Part shown: piece by piece, positions 36,401-44,284 of the stretch
How positions within the stretch are numbered: position 1 is the stretch's first letter
How the letters are laid out: the number at the start of each line of letters is the position of its first letter
Source: an uncultured bacterium
GTDB lineage: Bacteria; Elusimicrobiota; Elusimicrobia; Elusimicrobiales; Elusimicrobiaceae
Length of the DNA stretch: 64,000 nucleotides
Direction of reading: 5' to 3'
Assembly: GCA_949294085.1 (NCBI GenBank)
Contig: CASFFX010000006.1
Location: forward strand, 40,256-104,255
Notes under the pieces: model-generated
What the model was told of the DNA's origin: nothing
Databases searched by the model: none
Seen by the model: only the letters and a program-made list of their open reading frames with translations
Program-made: the position numbers and the translations under genes

Positions 36401-38383
36401 GTGGAAGGCTCGGCCGTAGCGGGTGAAGAACAATACTTTGTTACGTTGAAGCGCGAAAGCGTGAACGTTACTACCAATACCACGACCACATGGCCGCCCC
36501 GCATTTGCGACAAAACGACGGACGCGGCCATCTTTACCGCTGCTGGGTATGTGGACCCGGCCAAAGTAACCTCGGCTAATGCGTGTATTTACGTAAACGA
36601 TACGACGTTTACCAACTACCCGGAGACGGCGGCCAAAGCGGCTTCCGGCGTGTTGGACGTGCGCTTACAGCCGATCAAAACGTTTGACCGCTCCGCTACG
36701 AAGGAGGGCGACGGCCTGTTGATTACCGAAGAGTGGGATGCGTTGTATTTCTACAACCCGACTCCCTCTACCGAACGCCATACGCAGGAAGAAATTACCG
36801 CCTGCAAAAACGCGACGGACCTGAAACAGTGCCCGTATGAAATGGTGCCGGACGGACAGTATCCGTTCTTCATCTCTGCGCGTTCCAACGAACCGTTCAA
36901 CCGTTATTATGCTAACGGCGGAGAAACAATTGCGGGCAGCAATCCGCAGGCAACCTATCTGCCGGGAGCTCCGTTCAAAACGGCGGCGGAAGTGGTGCAG
37001 CAGGATTACCTGTACGCGACGGAAAAACCGGTCAGCAAAATCAACGTAACCCGCGGTCCCGTGTATTTCTTGGACGGCTCGGTGGTGGTGTATCCCAATG
37101 CGCCGCAGTTGTTCAATGCGTCCTCGGGCCCGGTGTTTATCCCGCCGTATGAAATCAATTTTGCGGTGTCTCGTGCGTCCACCGTGGAAGTAGCCGTTGT
37201 GGCCTTGAAGCCCAATATGTGCTATGGCACTACGGGCACGCTCACGCAGCGCAATACCACGGCGGGCGAGGTGTGCAAATACCTCTCCACGATGACGATT
37301 GTGAACACCAGCGATTTTGACCCGAACATTACGCGCAAAATTTACTGGGACGGGACGGACAATAACGGTATCTACGTCAAACCGGGTATCTATGAAATCC
37401 GCTTGACGGCCAAGAACTACCCGGATCCGGGCCTGTACCAGGAAACGGTCAAGAGCGTAACCGTAAACGCCGACCTGCTGAAAGTGTTCGACTTGCTGGA
37501 AGCGGACGGGTATTCCCTCTCCCAGCGCAATACGGATATGAAGATCGGCTACCAGATTTCCGTTCCGATGAAAGTGGCCATCCAAATCTTCAAACCCGGA
37601 ACGACGATTTACGATTACCAAAAAGGAACCCTGCGCAACCCGACCACGGGTACGGAAGTGAAAGACATTCACGAAGTATTGGTACGGGCCATTGTGGGCA
37701 TCCGCCCCGCCACCACGCTGATTGAAGAATTGTGGGACGGCCGCGATTATGCTCAGCAGGAAGTGCCGGACGGAACCTATCCGTTCCGCTTCGTAACGGC
37801 GCTCAACTCCGCCGATATTGACAGCGTAACCGGTGAAATTTTAGGAAGCGACGATTCCAGCACCAACAGCCAGCTGTGGAGCGTGGAAAAAGTGGCCGAT
37901 ACCTATGAATACCAAAACCTGCATAAGGCTACGGTAGCCATTGGGGACGGGCGCTTCGTCTGCGAAGACTGGGAGAAAACGGTGTTCTTCTATCCGAACC
38001 CGCTGCGCGACGCTTCCAAAGGCACGTTGGAAATTACCAAGATGCCGGTGCCGGGTACGGTCTCCATCAAGTTCTTCAACTTGGCGGGCGATCTGGTGCG
38101 CGACAGCAACTACACCTGCGTAGATGCCAACAACTACCAGATTACGATGGGCAGCAGCCTGCAGTTTAACCCGGATAATACGCCGACGGGCTCTACCCAA
38201 ATGACGGATGACGACTTGGCTGCTTATCCCAATATCCGCAACGCTGCCTTGCGCTGCCGCTGGGACCGCACCAACCAGCATGGGAAGAAAGTAGCCCGCG
38301 GTGTGTACTTTGGCTTGGTGGACTTCAAAGCCCAAAACGGCCGCGAACATTGTCAGAAAGTAGTCAAAATTTTGGTGCCGTAA
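33467..38383 (+). CDS. Large secreted protein of tandem FlgD-Ig-like modules with a C-terminal T9SS-sorting-like domain
   Basis: Sec signal (MKKINSLL...PLFA), eight WD(G/A/R)...G.Y motifs, C-terminal FYPNP...FFNLAGDLVR...WDRTNQHGKKVARGVY; start may be ATG 33482. Confidence 0.75.
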   Translation: MDTCTMKKINSLLRLILGKAALCAVLTALCCAAAAPLFAQTAEVRYAGVFYKDAPANNQEMYCDYTQENVGSSGSTTNANFLTNSNLSPTTAAGTMVNDGELNLTFLGISTTKPSSGERTPNTNYNVGTSFYIPQTISTTTYYYPFVVNSYNVSEGLGIDVSASTAANANANNKSFVFDYNNDPWVGSALLEYDQPYPSTTPGENKYPNHCLALCMNVYCTNKPMSQSTYSIAFPLQQVKFDIVKYYNGKNVENPEETPAVRTIDLYPNLEQAKCGSYVCPGGPNGEYTCSAPKYELVGDTCYSLETGEAVSGQCQSSLSTSTGGNCENYNCNYIIFNNDGVRTNQPISFCAAWDGSYEIGGEFGKSNGDFAFRATVSTDAPGDNIITDKIEFTSTIAYPGMNQIPIQVDVSNVHTVRSTPTVVGNITAVSAQPYTLAYRLSKDSDVRVALYDASNGDNINYGENNTGNIAIPNALVRTLVDWQPRLGEGMKGTENDTQLTEFDSWDGRNDDGLLLPAGNYIASIQAKAQDEWPGVDFSRAVTRQISLDPLKLTDIVVTGLNKKSTAYASINYVPTEASKVYWEIYTPGTTFSGSEATNNLVTDSSTPTGTGPTPVGGTLVYRSEEDRTARMNFTSKWDGLCGIEEGCTRTYAYKETMSDGTTCTVAGGCQQTFAYGAPMPDGNYVYVLWAEIPYNGKYLNAVGGNGTPSFASNQTCSRTNLEINGQCFTGVKTQNYSIGQVSVERGLVDITIQPVSYSTVGSSPTAYGLDPFIFKYSIVRDATVMARVENSAGVPVKHLTPEEGVTQVAQQLNTLSWDGRDDQGRMVTPGTYMFTVETKDAMFPSVTNKASAVFPVDMYRVVDVATTDVYGDSEAKATISYMLSKAMNVQINIYNKDVVIPAYNSTTGDYNDYTVISSQMATGYTNDLASVNVYEQGQTNIFATLSDVALGTVVRLQPGTTNPYTRDTITTAENPNYVEGSAVAGEEQYFVTLKRESVNVTTNTTTTWPPRICDKTTDAAIFTAAGYVDPAKVTSANACIYVNDTTFTNYPETAAKAASGVLDVRLQPIKTFDRSATKEGDGLLITEEWDALYFYNPTPSTERHTQEEITACKNATDLKQCPYEMVPDGQYPFFISARSNEPFNRYYANGGETIAGSNPQATYLPGAPFKTAAEVVQQDYLYATEKPVSKINVTRGPVYFLDGSVVVYPNAPQLFNASSGPVFIPPYEINFAVSRASTVEVAVVALKPNMCYGTTGTLTQRNTTAGEVCKYLSTMTIVNTSDFDPNITRKIYWDGTDNNGIYVKPGIYEIRLTAKNYPDPGLYQETVKSVTVNADLLKVFDLLEADGYSLSQRNTDMKIGYQISVPMKVAIQIFKPGTTIYDYQKGTLRNPTTGTEVKDIHEVLVRAIVGIRPATTLIEELWDGRDYAQQEVPDGTYPFRFVTALNSADIDSVTGEILGSDDSSTNSQLWSVEKVADTYEYQNLHKATVAIGDGRFVCEDWEKTVFFYPNPLRDASKGTLEITKMPVPGTVSIKFFNLAGDLVRDSNYTCVDANNYQITMGSSLQFNPDNTPTGSTQMTDDDLAAYPNIRNAALRCRWDRTNQHGKKVARGVYFGLVDFKAQNGREHCQKVVKILVP

Positions 38384-38485
38384 AAAATATCCGCACAGGA
38401 GGGGGGCGCAAGCCCCCCGGCGGAACAGAGGCCCGCGGGGCCGCAATAAAACACAGAGGCCGGATGGTCCGGCGGAAACAAATTT

Positions 38486-39460
38486 ATGAATATACGATTA
38501 AAAGTTTTAATGGCTTGTTTAACGGTTGGTCTGATGAGCGCAACGGCGGGGGCGGCTTCCATTGATTCCGATGCCGGTACCAGCGCCAGCGCGTTTTTGA
38601 AGATTGACGCCGGCTCTCCCAGAGCCCAGGCATTGGGAAATGCCTTTGTGTCCATTGCCGACGGCCCGGAAGCGTTGTTCTGGAACCCGGCGGGGGCGGC
38701 TTCGGCCACGACGCGTGAGCTGCAGTTTGCGTATTTGGACTATTTGCAGGGGTACAAAGCCCGCACGCTGGCGTACTTGCAGCCCATCGGCAAGACGATT
38801 ATCGGCGTTACCATTAACTATATGGATATGGACGGATTTGATTTCCGCGGAGACTACGGGGAATTACACCCGGAAGTGGGTACGCCGGTGCAGAACTTTG
38901 TGGGCGGCTTGTCCATTGCGCGCGGATTTTTTGACCAAAGACTTCAAATCGGCGGTACGGCAAAGTATATTAGCGAAAAGCTGGATTCGGACCATTACAA
39001 CAACGTCGGGTTTGACGTGGGCGCCAAATTGCGCCTGGTCAACTGGCTGGGCTTGGGCGGTGCGCTGGTAAACATCGGCGATAAAGAAGAAATGCCGCGC
39101 GGCTTGCGCTTGGGGGCGGACTTGAATACCCGCTATTTCACCATTTCCGGCGAATACATGAAATACCGCGACGACAAAGCTCGCTACGGTGTGGGGTTGG
39201 AAGTGCATATCCCCGAAGATTTGCTGCAGGTGGCCCGCTTTGATTTGCGCGTAGGCTACTATACCCGCGAAAACACCGGTATCAACGAGCAAGATTCGTG
39301 GGTGGGCGATTTGGGCCTGGCGGAAACGTCTAAAGTGTCGTTCGGGTTTGGTATTTACAGCTCGGAATTGTTTGGCTATGGCGCGTCCATTGACTATGCC
39401 GTTACGCCGTTTGGGGCGTTGGGCACGTCGCAGCAGATTGCGCTGGCGATTGAATTTTAG
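38486..39460 (+). CDS. PorV/PorQ-family outer-membrane beta-barrel
   Basis: Signal peptide, AFLKIDAGSPRAQALGNAF..IADGPEALFWNPAG, GGTAKYISEKL..DVG, terminal Phe (LAIEF). Confidence 0.75.
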   Translation: MNIRLKVLMACLTVGLMSATAGAASIDSDAGTSASAFLKIDAGSPRAQALGNAFVSIADGPEALFWNPAGAASATTRELQFAYLDYLQGYKARTLAYLQPIGKTIIGVTINYMDMDGFDFRGDYGELHPEVGTPVQNFVGGLSIARGFFDQRLQIGGTAKYISEKLDSDHYNNVGFDVGAKLRLVNWLGLGGALVNIGDKEEMPRGLRLGADLNTRYFTISGEYMKYRDDKARYGVGLEVHIPEDLLQVARFDLRVGYYTRENTGINEQDSWVGDLGLAETSKVSFGFGIYSSELFGYGASIDYAVTPFGALGTSQQIALAIEF

Positions 39461-39467
39461 GTAGGAT

Positions 39468-39647
39468 ATGAGAGCGGAGAAAAGAAAAATCTGGAACAAA
39501 AAAGGTCAAACCGCGGTAGAATATATGATAACGGCGGCGGGGCTTTTTGCGGCGATTATTTCTTTTTACGTGCTTTATTCGCATTTGGTTCCGCAGCAGT
39601 TTGAACAAGGGGCTAAAGTGATTCTGTCGGATTACAATGCAAACTGA
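39468..39647 (+). CDS. flp: Flp-type pilin (59 aa, absent from ORF track)
   Basis: MRAEKRKIWNKKG|QTAVEYMITAAGLFAAIISFYVLY...: class III leader with E+5/Y+6 and hydrophobic helix; AGGA RBS. Confidence 0.75.
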   Translation: MRAEKRKIWNKKGQTAVEYMITAAGLFAAIISFYVLYSHLVPQQFEQGAKVILSDYNAN

Positions 39648-39677
39648 AAGTTTCAAAAAAATTAGGAGGATGCTCTT

Positions 39678-39899
39678 ATGAAGTTTATCGTAGCTTTGCA
39701 AAACAAAATGGAAGCCTTGAAAGCGCAAGCTTTGGGCTGCCTGAAGAAAAAAGAAGGCCAGAACACGATCGAATACGTGTTGATGTTGGTTGTGGTCGTG
39801 GGTGTGGCCGGCTTGGCGGGTGTATTGATTAAAAAGTTTATGCCGGACTTGTTTGAACAAGTAAAAGCCAAAATCACCGGCAATATGGAAAGCATGTAA
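39678..39899 (+). CDS. flp: Flp/Fap major pilin
   Basis: LKKKEG|QNTIEYVLMLVVVVGV; AGGAGG RBS. Confidence 0.9.
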   Translation: MKFIVALQNKMEALKAQALGCLKKKEGQNTIEYVLMLVVVVGVAGLAGVLIKKFMPDLFEQVKAKITGNMESM

Positions 39900-39910
39900 T
39901 TTGAGGACGT

Positions 39911-40399
39911 ATGTTCAAATTTCGTAGGAAGTGTGGCGGGCAGGTTACTGCGGAGCTGATGTTTATTTTGCCGGTATTCATGTTGATGGTGTTTTTCGTC
40001 CTTGAATACGGCAACATCGCCTACCACACGATTATTGCAAACCACGCTTCCTATGAGTTTGCCCGTATCGGCTCGCTGGTGGCCGTCAAAAAGCCCAGCG
40101 GCCGCTCGGACAGAACGGTTATTACGCAAAAGATTAATCAGGCCAAACAGAAGGTATTTGGCTCTAAGGCGGGCGGTATTGGGGTCAATATTAAAGTGGA
40201 AACGACCGGTACCGACCCGATGTACAGACAACACCGCCACGAGGATTTGATTGTTACGGTTACTTATCCCGTGCATTTGTTGTTCCCGGGGACCAGCTAC
40301 GTGCTGGCCAGCGAACCGCGCCGCGAAGGAATTCGCCGCATTAAGGCTTCGGCCCGGATGCCGATTGAAAAGGCGTATTTGAGTTCAGACGCGAAATAG
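39911..40399 (+). CDS. tadE: TadE/TadF-like pseudopilin
   Basis: RRKCGG|QVTAELMFILPVFMLMVFFVLEYG...ASYEFARIG, DLIVTVTYP. Confidence 0.85.
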   Translation: MFKFRRKCGGQVTAELMFILPVFMLMVFFVLEYGNIAYHTIIANHASYEFARIGSLVAVKKPSGRSDRTVITQKINQAKQKVFGSKAGGIGVNIKVETTGTDPMYRQHRHEDLIVTVTYPVHLLFPGTSYVLASEPRREGIRRIKASARMPIEKAYLSSDAK

Positions 40400-40441
40400 A
40401 TTTGAAATTTTAACTTAACAGCCGTTATTTAAGGAGACGAA

Positions 40442-41194
40442 ATGAAAAAAGGAATCTTGCTTCCGGTGGTGGTAGCTATTTTGGCAGCCTTCGTGTATGC
40501 GATGATTGTCAGTAGCGCGGAAAAGAAGCTGAACGCTTCCAAAAACATCAAACAGGTGTTTGTGCCCGTGCGGGATATCAAAGAGCGCGAAGTGATTAAG
40601 CGCGACTATATCAAACCGGTGCCGGTGCCGGCGGCGTACCTGCAGAAGGACGCTTTTACCTATACGACGGACGCGGATTTCAAAGCCATTGAAAACGCCG
40701 TGGCGCGTATTCAAATTCCCAAAGGCAACCAGATTTCTAAATATGCCGTAACCTCGCTGTCTCCCGAGGCCGGCTTATCAAGCAAAATCCCGGTGCAGAT
40801 GAGAGGTTTCATTATCAATGTGCCGATGTCCACGGCTACCATGATTAAGCCCGATGACAACATTGACGTGTTGGTAACGCTGGAAGCCGTCATGAAGAGC
40901 GGGGCCCGCCAGCGGGTTACGTTTACGCTGTTGCAAAACGTGAAAGTGCTGGGGGTAGGCTCCAACTTAGGGCAGGGGCTGGACGCTAAATCGGCAGACG
41001 CTATGCAGAATAAAGAAGAAGACGCGGCCGCGTATTCGGACAGCTCGGCCTTGTCGTTAGCGCTTTCTCCGCGCGATGCGCAGTACTTGGCGCTGGCGCA
41101 GGCGGAAGGGGATATTTCCGTCATCTTGCGTTCGCATGGCGACGTAACCAACTACTTAATGGAAGTTGCAACTTTTGATAAATTATTTCAATAG
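40442..41194 (+). CDS. cpaB: Flp pilus assembly protein CpaB/RcpC
   Basis: N-terminal TM, SAF domain (VFVPVRDIKEREVI), MIKPDDNIDVLVT, TLLQNVKVLGV, LALAQAEGDISVILRS. Confidence 0.9.
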   Translation: MKKGILLPVVVAILAAFVYAMIVSSAEKKLNASKNIKQVFVPVRDIKEREVIKRDYIKPVPVPAAYLQKDAFTYTTDADFKAIENAVARIQIPKGNQISKYAVTSLSPEAGLSSKIPVQMRGFIINVPMSTATMIKPDDNIDVLVTLEAVMKSGARQRVTFTLLQNVKVLGVGSNLGQGLDAKSADAMQNKEEDAAAYSDSSALSLALSPRDAQYLALAQAEGDISVILRSHGDVTNYLMEVATFDKLFQ

Positions 41195-41208
41195 CAAACA
41201 GGATTCAT

Positions 41209-41952
41209 ATGAATAAAAAGTTTATAGCGAAAATATCGTTAGCGGTGTTACTTCTGAGCGTACTGCTGCCGGCCAGCGCCTTTGCCAAAAAGACGCGCCT
41301 GGTGGCCGTCAGCGCCGATGTGGTGGAAATCAGCGGAACCATGCAAAGCGTCAAAGGGTTTTCGTGGAACCAGCTGTTTGATTTTGAAGAAGCCACGATT
41401 CCCGGCATTTTGTCTTTGGGCGAATTTGAACGCAAAACGGCCGTTACGACGCGTCTTCGTTTGATGGAGACGGAAGGCCGCGCCCAGGTGCTTTCCAACC
41501 CGAAAATTGTTACCTCTTCCGGCAACAGCGCCAAAATTACCGTGGGCGGCAAGGTGCCGATACCGATTGTAAACAACCAGGGGGTTGGCTCGCAGCTGGA
41601 AGAATACGGTATTTTGCTCAACGTATTGCCTACGATTATTCCTGAACGGAACAACATTATTGACCTGCAGGTGCAGCTGTCCGTTTCCACGGTGGACTAC
41701 TCCAGAACCGTGGTAATCGGTACGGCGACGGCGCCTTCGTTCACCAACCGCGACGTGGAAACCCATGTGGAGCTCAACAGCGGGGAAACGCTGGTCATTG
41801 GCGGGCTGAAAAGCAGTTCGCGCAACGTGTCCGAGGACCGCGTGCCGTTTTTGGGCCGCATCCCGCTGATTGGTTTGTTGTTCAAAAACAAAGACGTAAC
41901 GGAAGAACAACGCTCGTTGTTCCTGTTCATTACGGTTGAAATTGTGGAATAG
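41209..41952 (+). CDS. Secretin (RcpA/CpaC-type), core domain only
   Basis: G.AQVLSNPKIVT.SG..A.I.VGG.VP, YGILL.V.P, VELNSGETLVIGGL, VPFLGRIPLIG.LFK. Confidence 0.88.
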   Translation: MNKKFIAKISLAVLLLSVLLPASAFAKKTRLVAVSADVVEISGTMQSVKGFSWNQLFDFEEATIPGILSLGEFERKTAVTTRLRLMETEGRAQVLSNPKIVTSSGNSAKITVGGKVPIPIVNNQGVGSQLEEYGILLNVLPTIIPERNNIIDLQVQLSVSTVDYSRTVVIGTATAPSFTNRDVETHVELNSGETLVIGGLKSSSRNVSEDRVPFLGRIPLIGLLFKNKDVTEEQRSLFLFITVEIVE

Positions 41953-41957
41953 TTTTT

Positions 41958-44261
41958 ATGGCAGAAGAAAAAGAACCCCAAAAATCCGAAGCAAAAATCA
42001 TCGCTTTTGCGGGCCCGAAGGAAGGCGCCGGCAAGACGACGCTGGTGCTGAACCTGGCCTTGGGCTGGGCGGGCATACAAAAGCGCCCGGTGCTGATTGT
42101 GCCGCTGGATCCATTGGCCCGGCAGGAGCATAGCTTTTATCTGGACATTAAAAAGCCGGTCAGCGTGTCGGATATTTTACAAACGCTGGGCAACACCTCT
42201 ATTGCCGTGGTGGGGGGGCTTTTGCGCGGAAAGATTTCCATGTCTCAATGGGGGGTGGGCGTATTGCCGTTGGGCAATACCCGGGCGCAGGTGGCGGCCA
42301 TCAGCCCCAAAATTCTGATTCCTATTTTGTCGCGTTTATCCCAAACGTTTGACATCTTTTTGGACGTAGATTCCAGCTTCCCGATGCAGGCGTTTTCGTT
42401 TGACATCGCCGATAAAATCTTTTGGGTGTGCCAAGCTACGCGCACGCACTTAAACTCTACCGTACAGCTTTTTAACGATTATAAAGAACAACGCTATCCG
42501 ATGGACCGCGTCAGCGTGATTTGCAACGCGTACGATACGCCCGGCTCTATTCCGTATGAAGAAGTGGAACGCTTCTTTTCTTCGCTGGGGCGCGAGATAG
42601 ACGTGTTTTTGCCCTGGGACGAGGACGTGATGGCTACGTCCAACCGCAAAGAGGTGGAAATTATTACCAACCCGCAGTCCGAGTGGGTTAAAGGCCTGCG
42701 CCTGGTGTTGGCCAAAATCCGCGATTTGCAAACGGCGCCGAAGGATTGGGTGGCGTCGGTTTCGGACGAAGAATTTACCCAAGCCGCCAAAGAAATTTGG
42801 ACGCCGGTCCTGTTTGACGACGGCAAAACGACCGTGGCGGAAAGCCACGTGGCCGAGGAAGAAGAAGGCGGCAAAACCAAGCTGTCTTTTTGGGACGATT
42901 TGAAACAGAAAATCCACAAAGAAGTGGTGCATACGCTGGAAATTGAACACATTGTGGTAAGCGATGAAAGCTCCGCCAGCGCGCAAACGCGCAAGCGGGT
43001 GGCGGCCATCGTGGACGATATCCTGCAAAAACAGCCGAATTTGCAGTTCTCGCGGGAACAGCGCACGCGTTTCTCGTCTGAATTGTTGGACGAAATTTTG
43101 GGCTTGGGGCCGCTGGAAGTATTGATGCGCGACCCGGCCGTTACCGAAATCATGGTCAACGCCTTTGACAAAATTTTTATTGAACAAAAAGGTAAGTTGA
43201 CGTTAACCAAATACAAATTCCGCAATAACGACCAAGTGGTGCAGGTCATTAAACGCATCGTAGCGCCGCTGGGCCGCCGTATTGACGAATCCGTCCCGCT
43301 GGTGGACGCCCGCTTGAAAGACGGGTCCCGTGTAAACGCCATTATCGCGCCGCTGGCCGTATCCGGCCCGACGCTGACGATCCGCCGTTTCTCGCAAAAA
43401 CCGTTCGGCCCGGAAGATTACTACCGCTTCGGTACCATCAGCCCGGAATGTATGGCTTTTATTGAAAAATGCGTCCGTATCCGCAAGAACATCATCGTCT
43501 GCGGTGGTACGGGTACCGGTAAAACGACTTTTTTGAACGCGATTTCCGGCTATATTTCCCACGATGAACGTATCATTACCGTGGAAGACACCGCGGAATT
43601 GCGCTTGCAGCAGCCGCACTGGGTGTCGCTGGAAAGCCGTCCGCCAAACGTGGAAGGCAAAGGCGCGGTAACGATTCAGGACTTGGTAAAGAACTGCTTG
43701 CGCATGCGTCCCGACCGCATTGTGGTAGGGGAGTGCCGCGGCGGCGAAGCGCTGGACATGTTGCAGGCTATGAACACCGGGCACGAAGGTTCGCTGACCA
43801 CGATTCACGCCAACACGCCGCGCGACGGGCTGTCCCGCTTGGAAGCGATGTGCATGCAAACTGGGGTGGATTTGCCGGTGTATGTAATTCGCGAAATGAT
43901 TTCTTCCGCCGTGAACTTGATTGTGCAGCTGTCCCGTTTTTCGGACGGGTCCAGAAAGGTAACGTATATTACCGAAATGCACGGACAAAAAGACGGCGAA
44001 ATTCAATCCACGGATTTGTTCCGCTATGTGCAAACGGGCGTGGACGAAAACGGCAAAGTGCAGGGCGTTTTTGCGCCGACGGGCGAACTGCCCACGTTCT
44101 TTGACGAATTCCAGTCCAAAGGGCAGCCGGTGGATAAAAATATTTTCTTTCACAATGCCGTCCCGCTGGACGCAAACGGCGAACCGGATAAACAGGCCGT
44201 ACAGCGCTTGCTGCACGCGCAGGAAAAACCGCTCCCGCCTGCTCCGCCGGCGGCCCATTAA
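41958..44261 (+). CDS. tadA: Fused TadZ/CpaE (MinD/ParA-like) and TadA/CpaF ATPase
   Basis: N-half deviant P-loop [10 protein letters not shown]; C-half [59 protein letters not shown]. Confidence 0.9.
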   Translation: MAEEKEPQKSEAKIIAFAGPKEGAGKTTLVLNLALGWAGIQKRPVLIVPLDPLARQEHSFYLDIKKPVSVSDILQTLGNTSIAVVGGLLRGKISMSQWGVGVLPLGNTRAQVAAISPKILIPILSRLSQTFDIFLDVDSSFPMQAFSFDIADKIFWVCQATRTHLNSTVQLFNDYKEQRYPMDRVSVICNAYDTPGSIPYEEVERFFSSLGREIDVFLPWDEDVMATSNRKEVEIITNPQSEWVKGLRLVLAKIRDLQTAPKDWVASVSDEEFTQAAKEIWTPVLFDDGKTTVAESHVAEEEEGGKTKLSFWDDLKQKIHKEVVHTLEIEHIVVSDESSASAQTRKRVAAIVDDILQKQPNLQFSREQRTRFSSELLDEILGLGPLEVLMRDPAVTEIMVNAFDKIFIEQKGKLTLTKYKFRNNDQVVQVIKRIVAPLGRRIDESVPLVDARLKDGSRVNAIIAPLAVSGPTLTIRRFSQKPFGPEDYYRFGTISPECMAFIEKCVRIRKNIIVCGGTGTGKTTFLNAISGYISHDERIITVEDTAELRLQQPHWVSLESRPPNVEGKGAVTIQDLVKNCLRMRPDRIVVGECRGGEALDMLQAMNTGHEGSLTTIHANTPRDGLSRLEAMCMQTGVDLPVYVIREMISSAVNLIVQLSRFSDGSRKVTYITEMHGQKDGEIQSTDLFRYVQTGVDENGKVQGVFAPTGELPTFFDEFQSKGQPVDKNIFFHNAVPLDANGEPDKQAVQRLLHAQEKPLPPAPPAAH

Positions 44262-44284
44262 CCGGTTACGAAAGGGAAAAGAAT

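Noticed and set aside
33467-38383. Flagellar hook-cap protein FlgD
   Set aside because: Far too long, has a Sec signal peptide, and there are no flagellar genes nearby; only the Ig-like fold is shared
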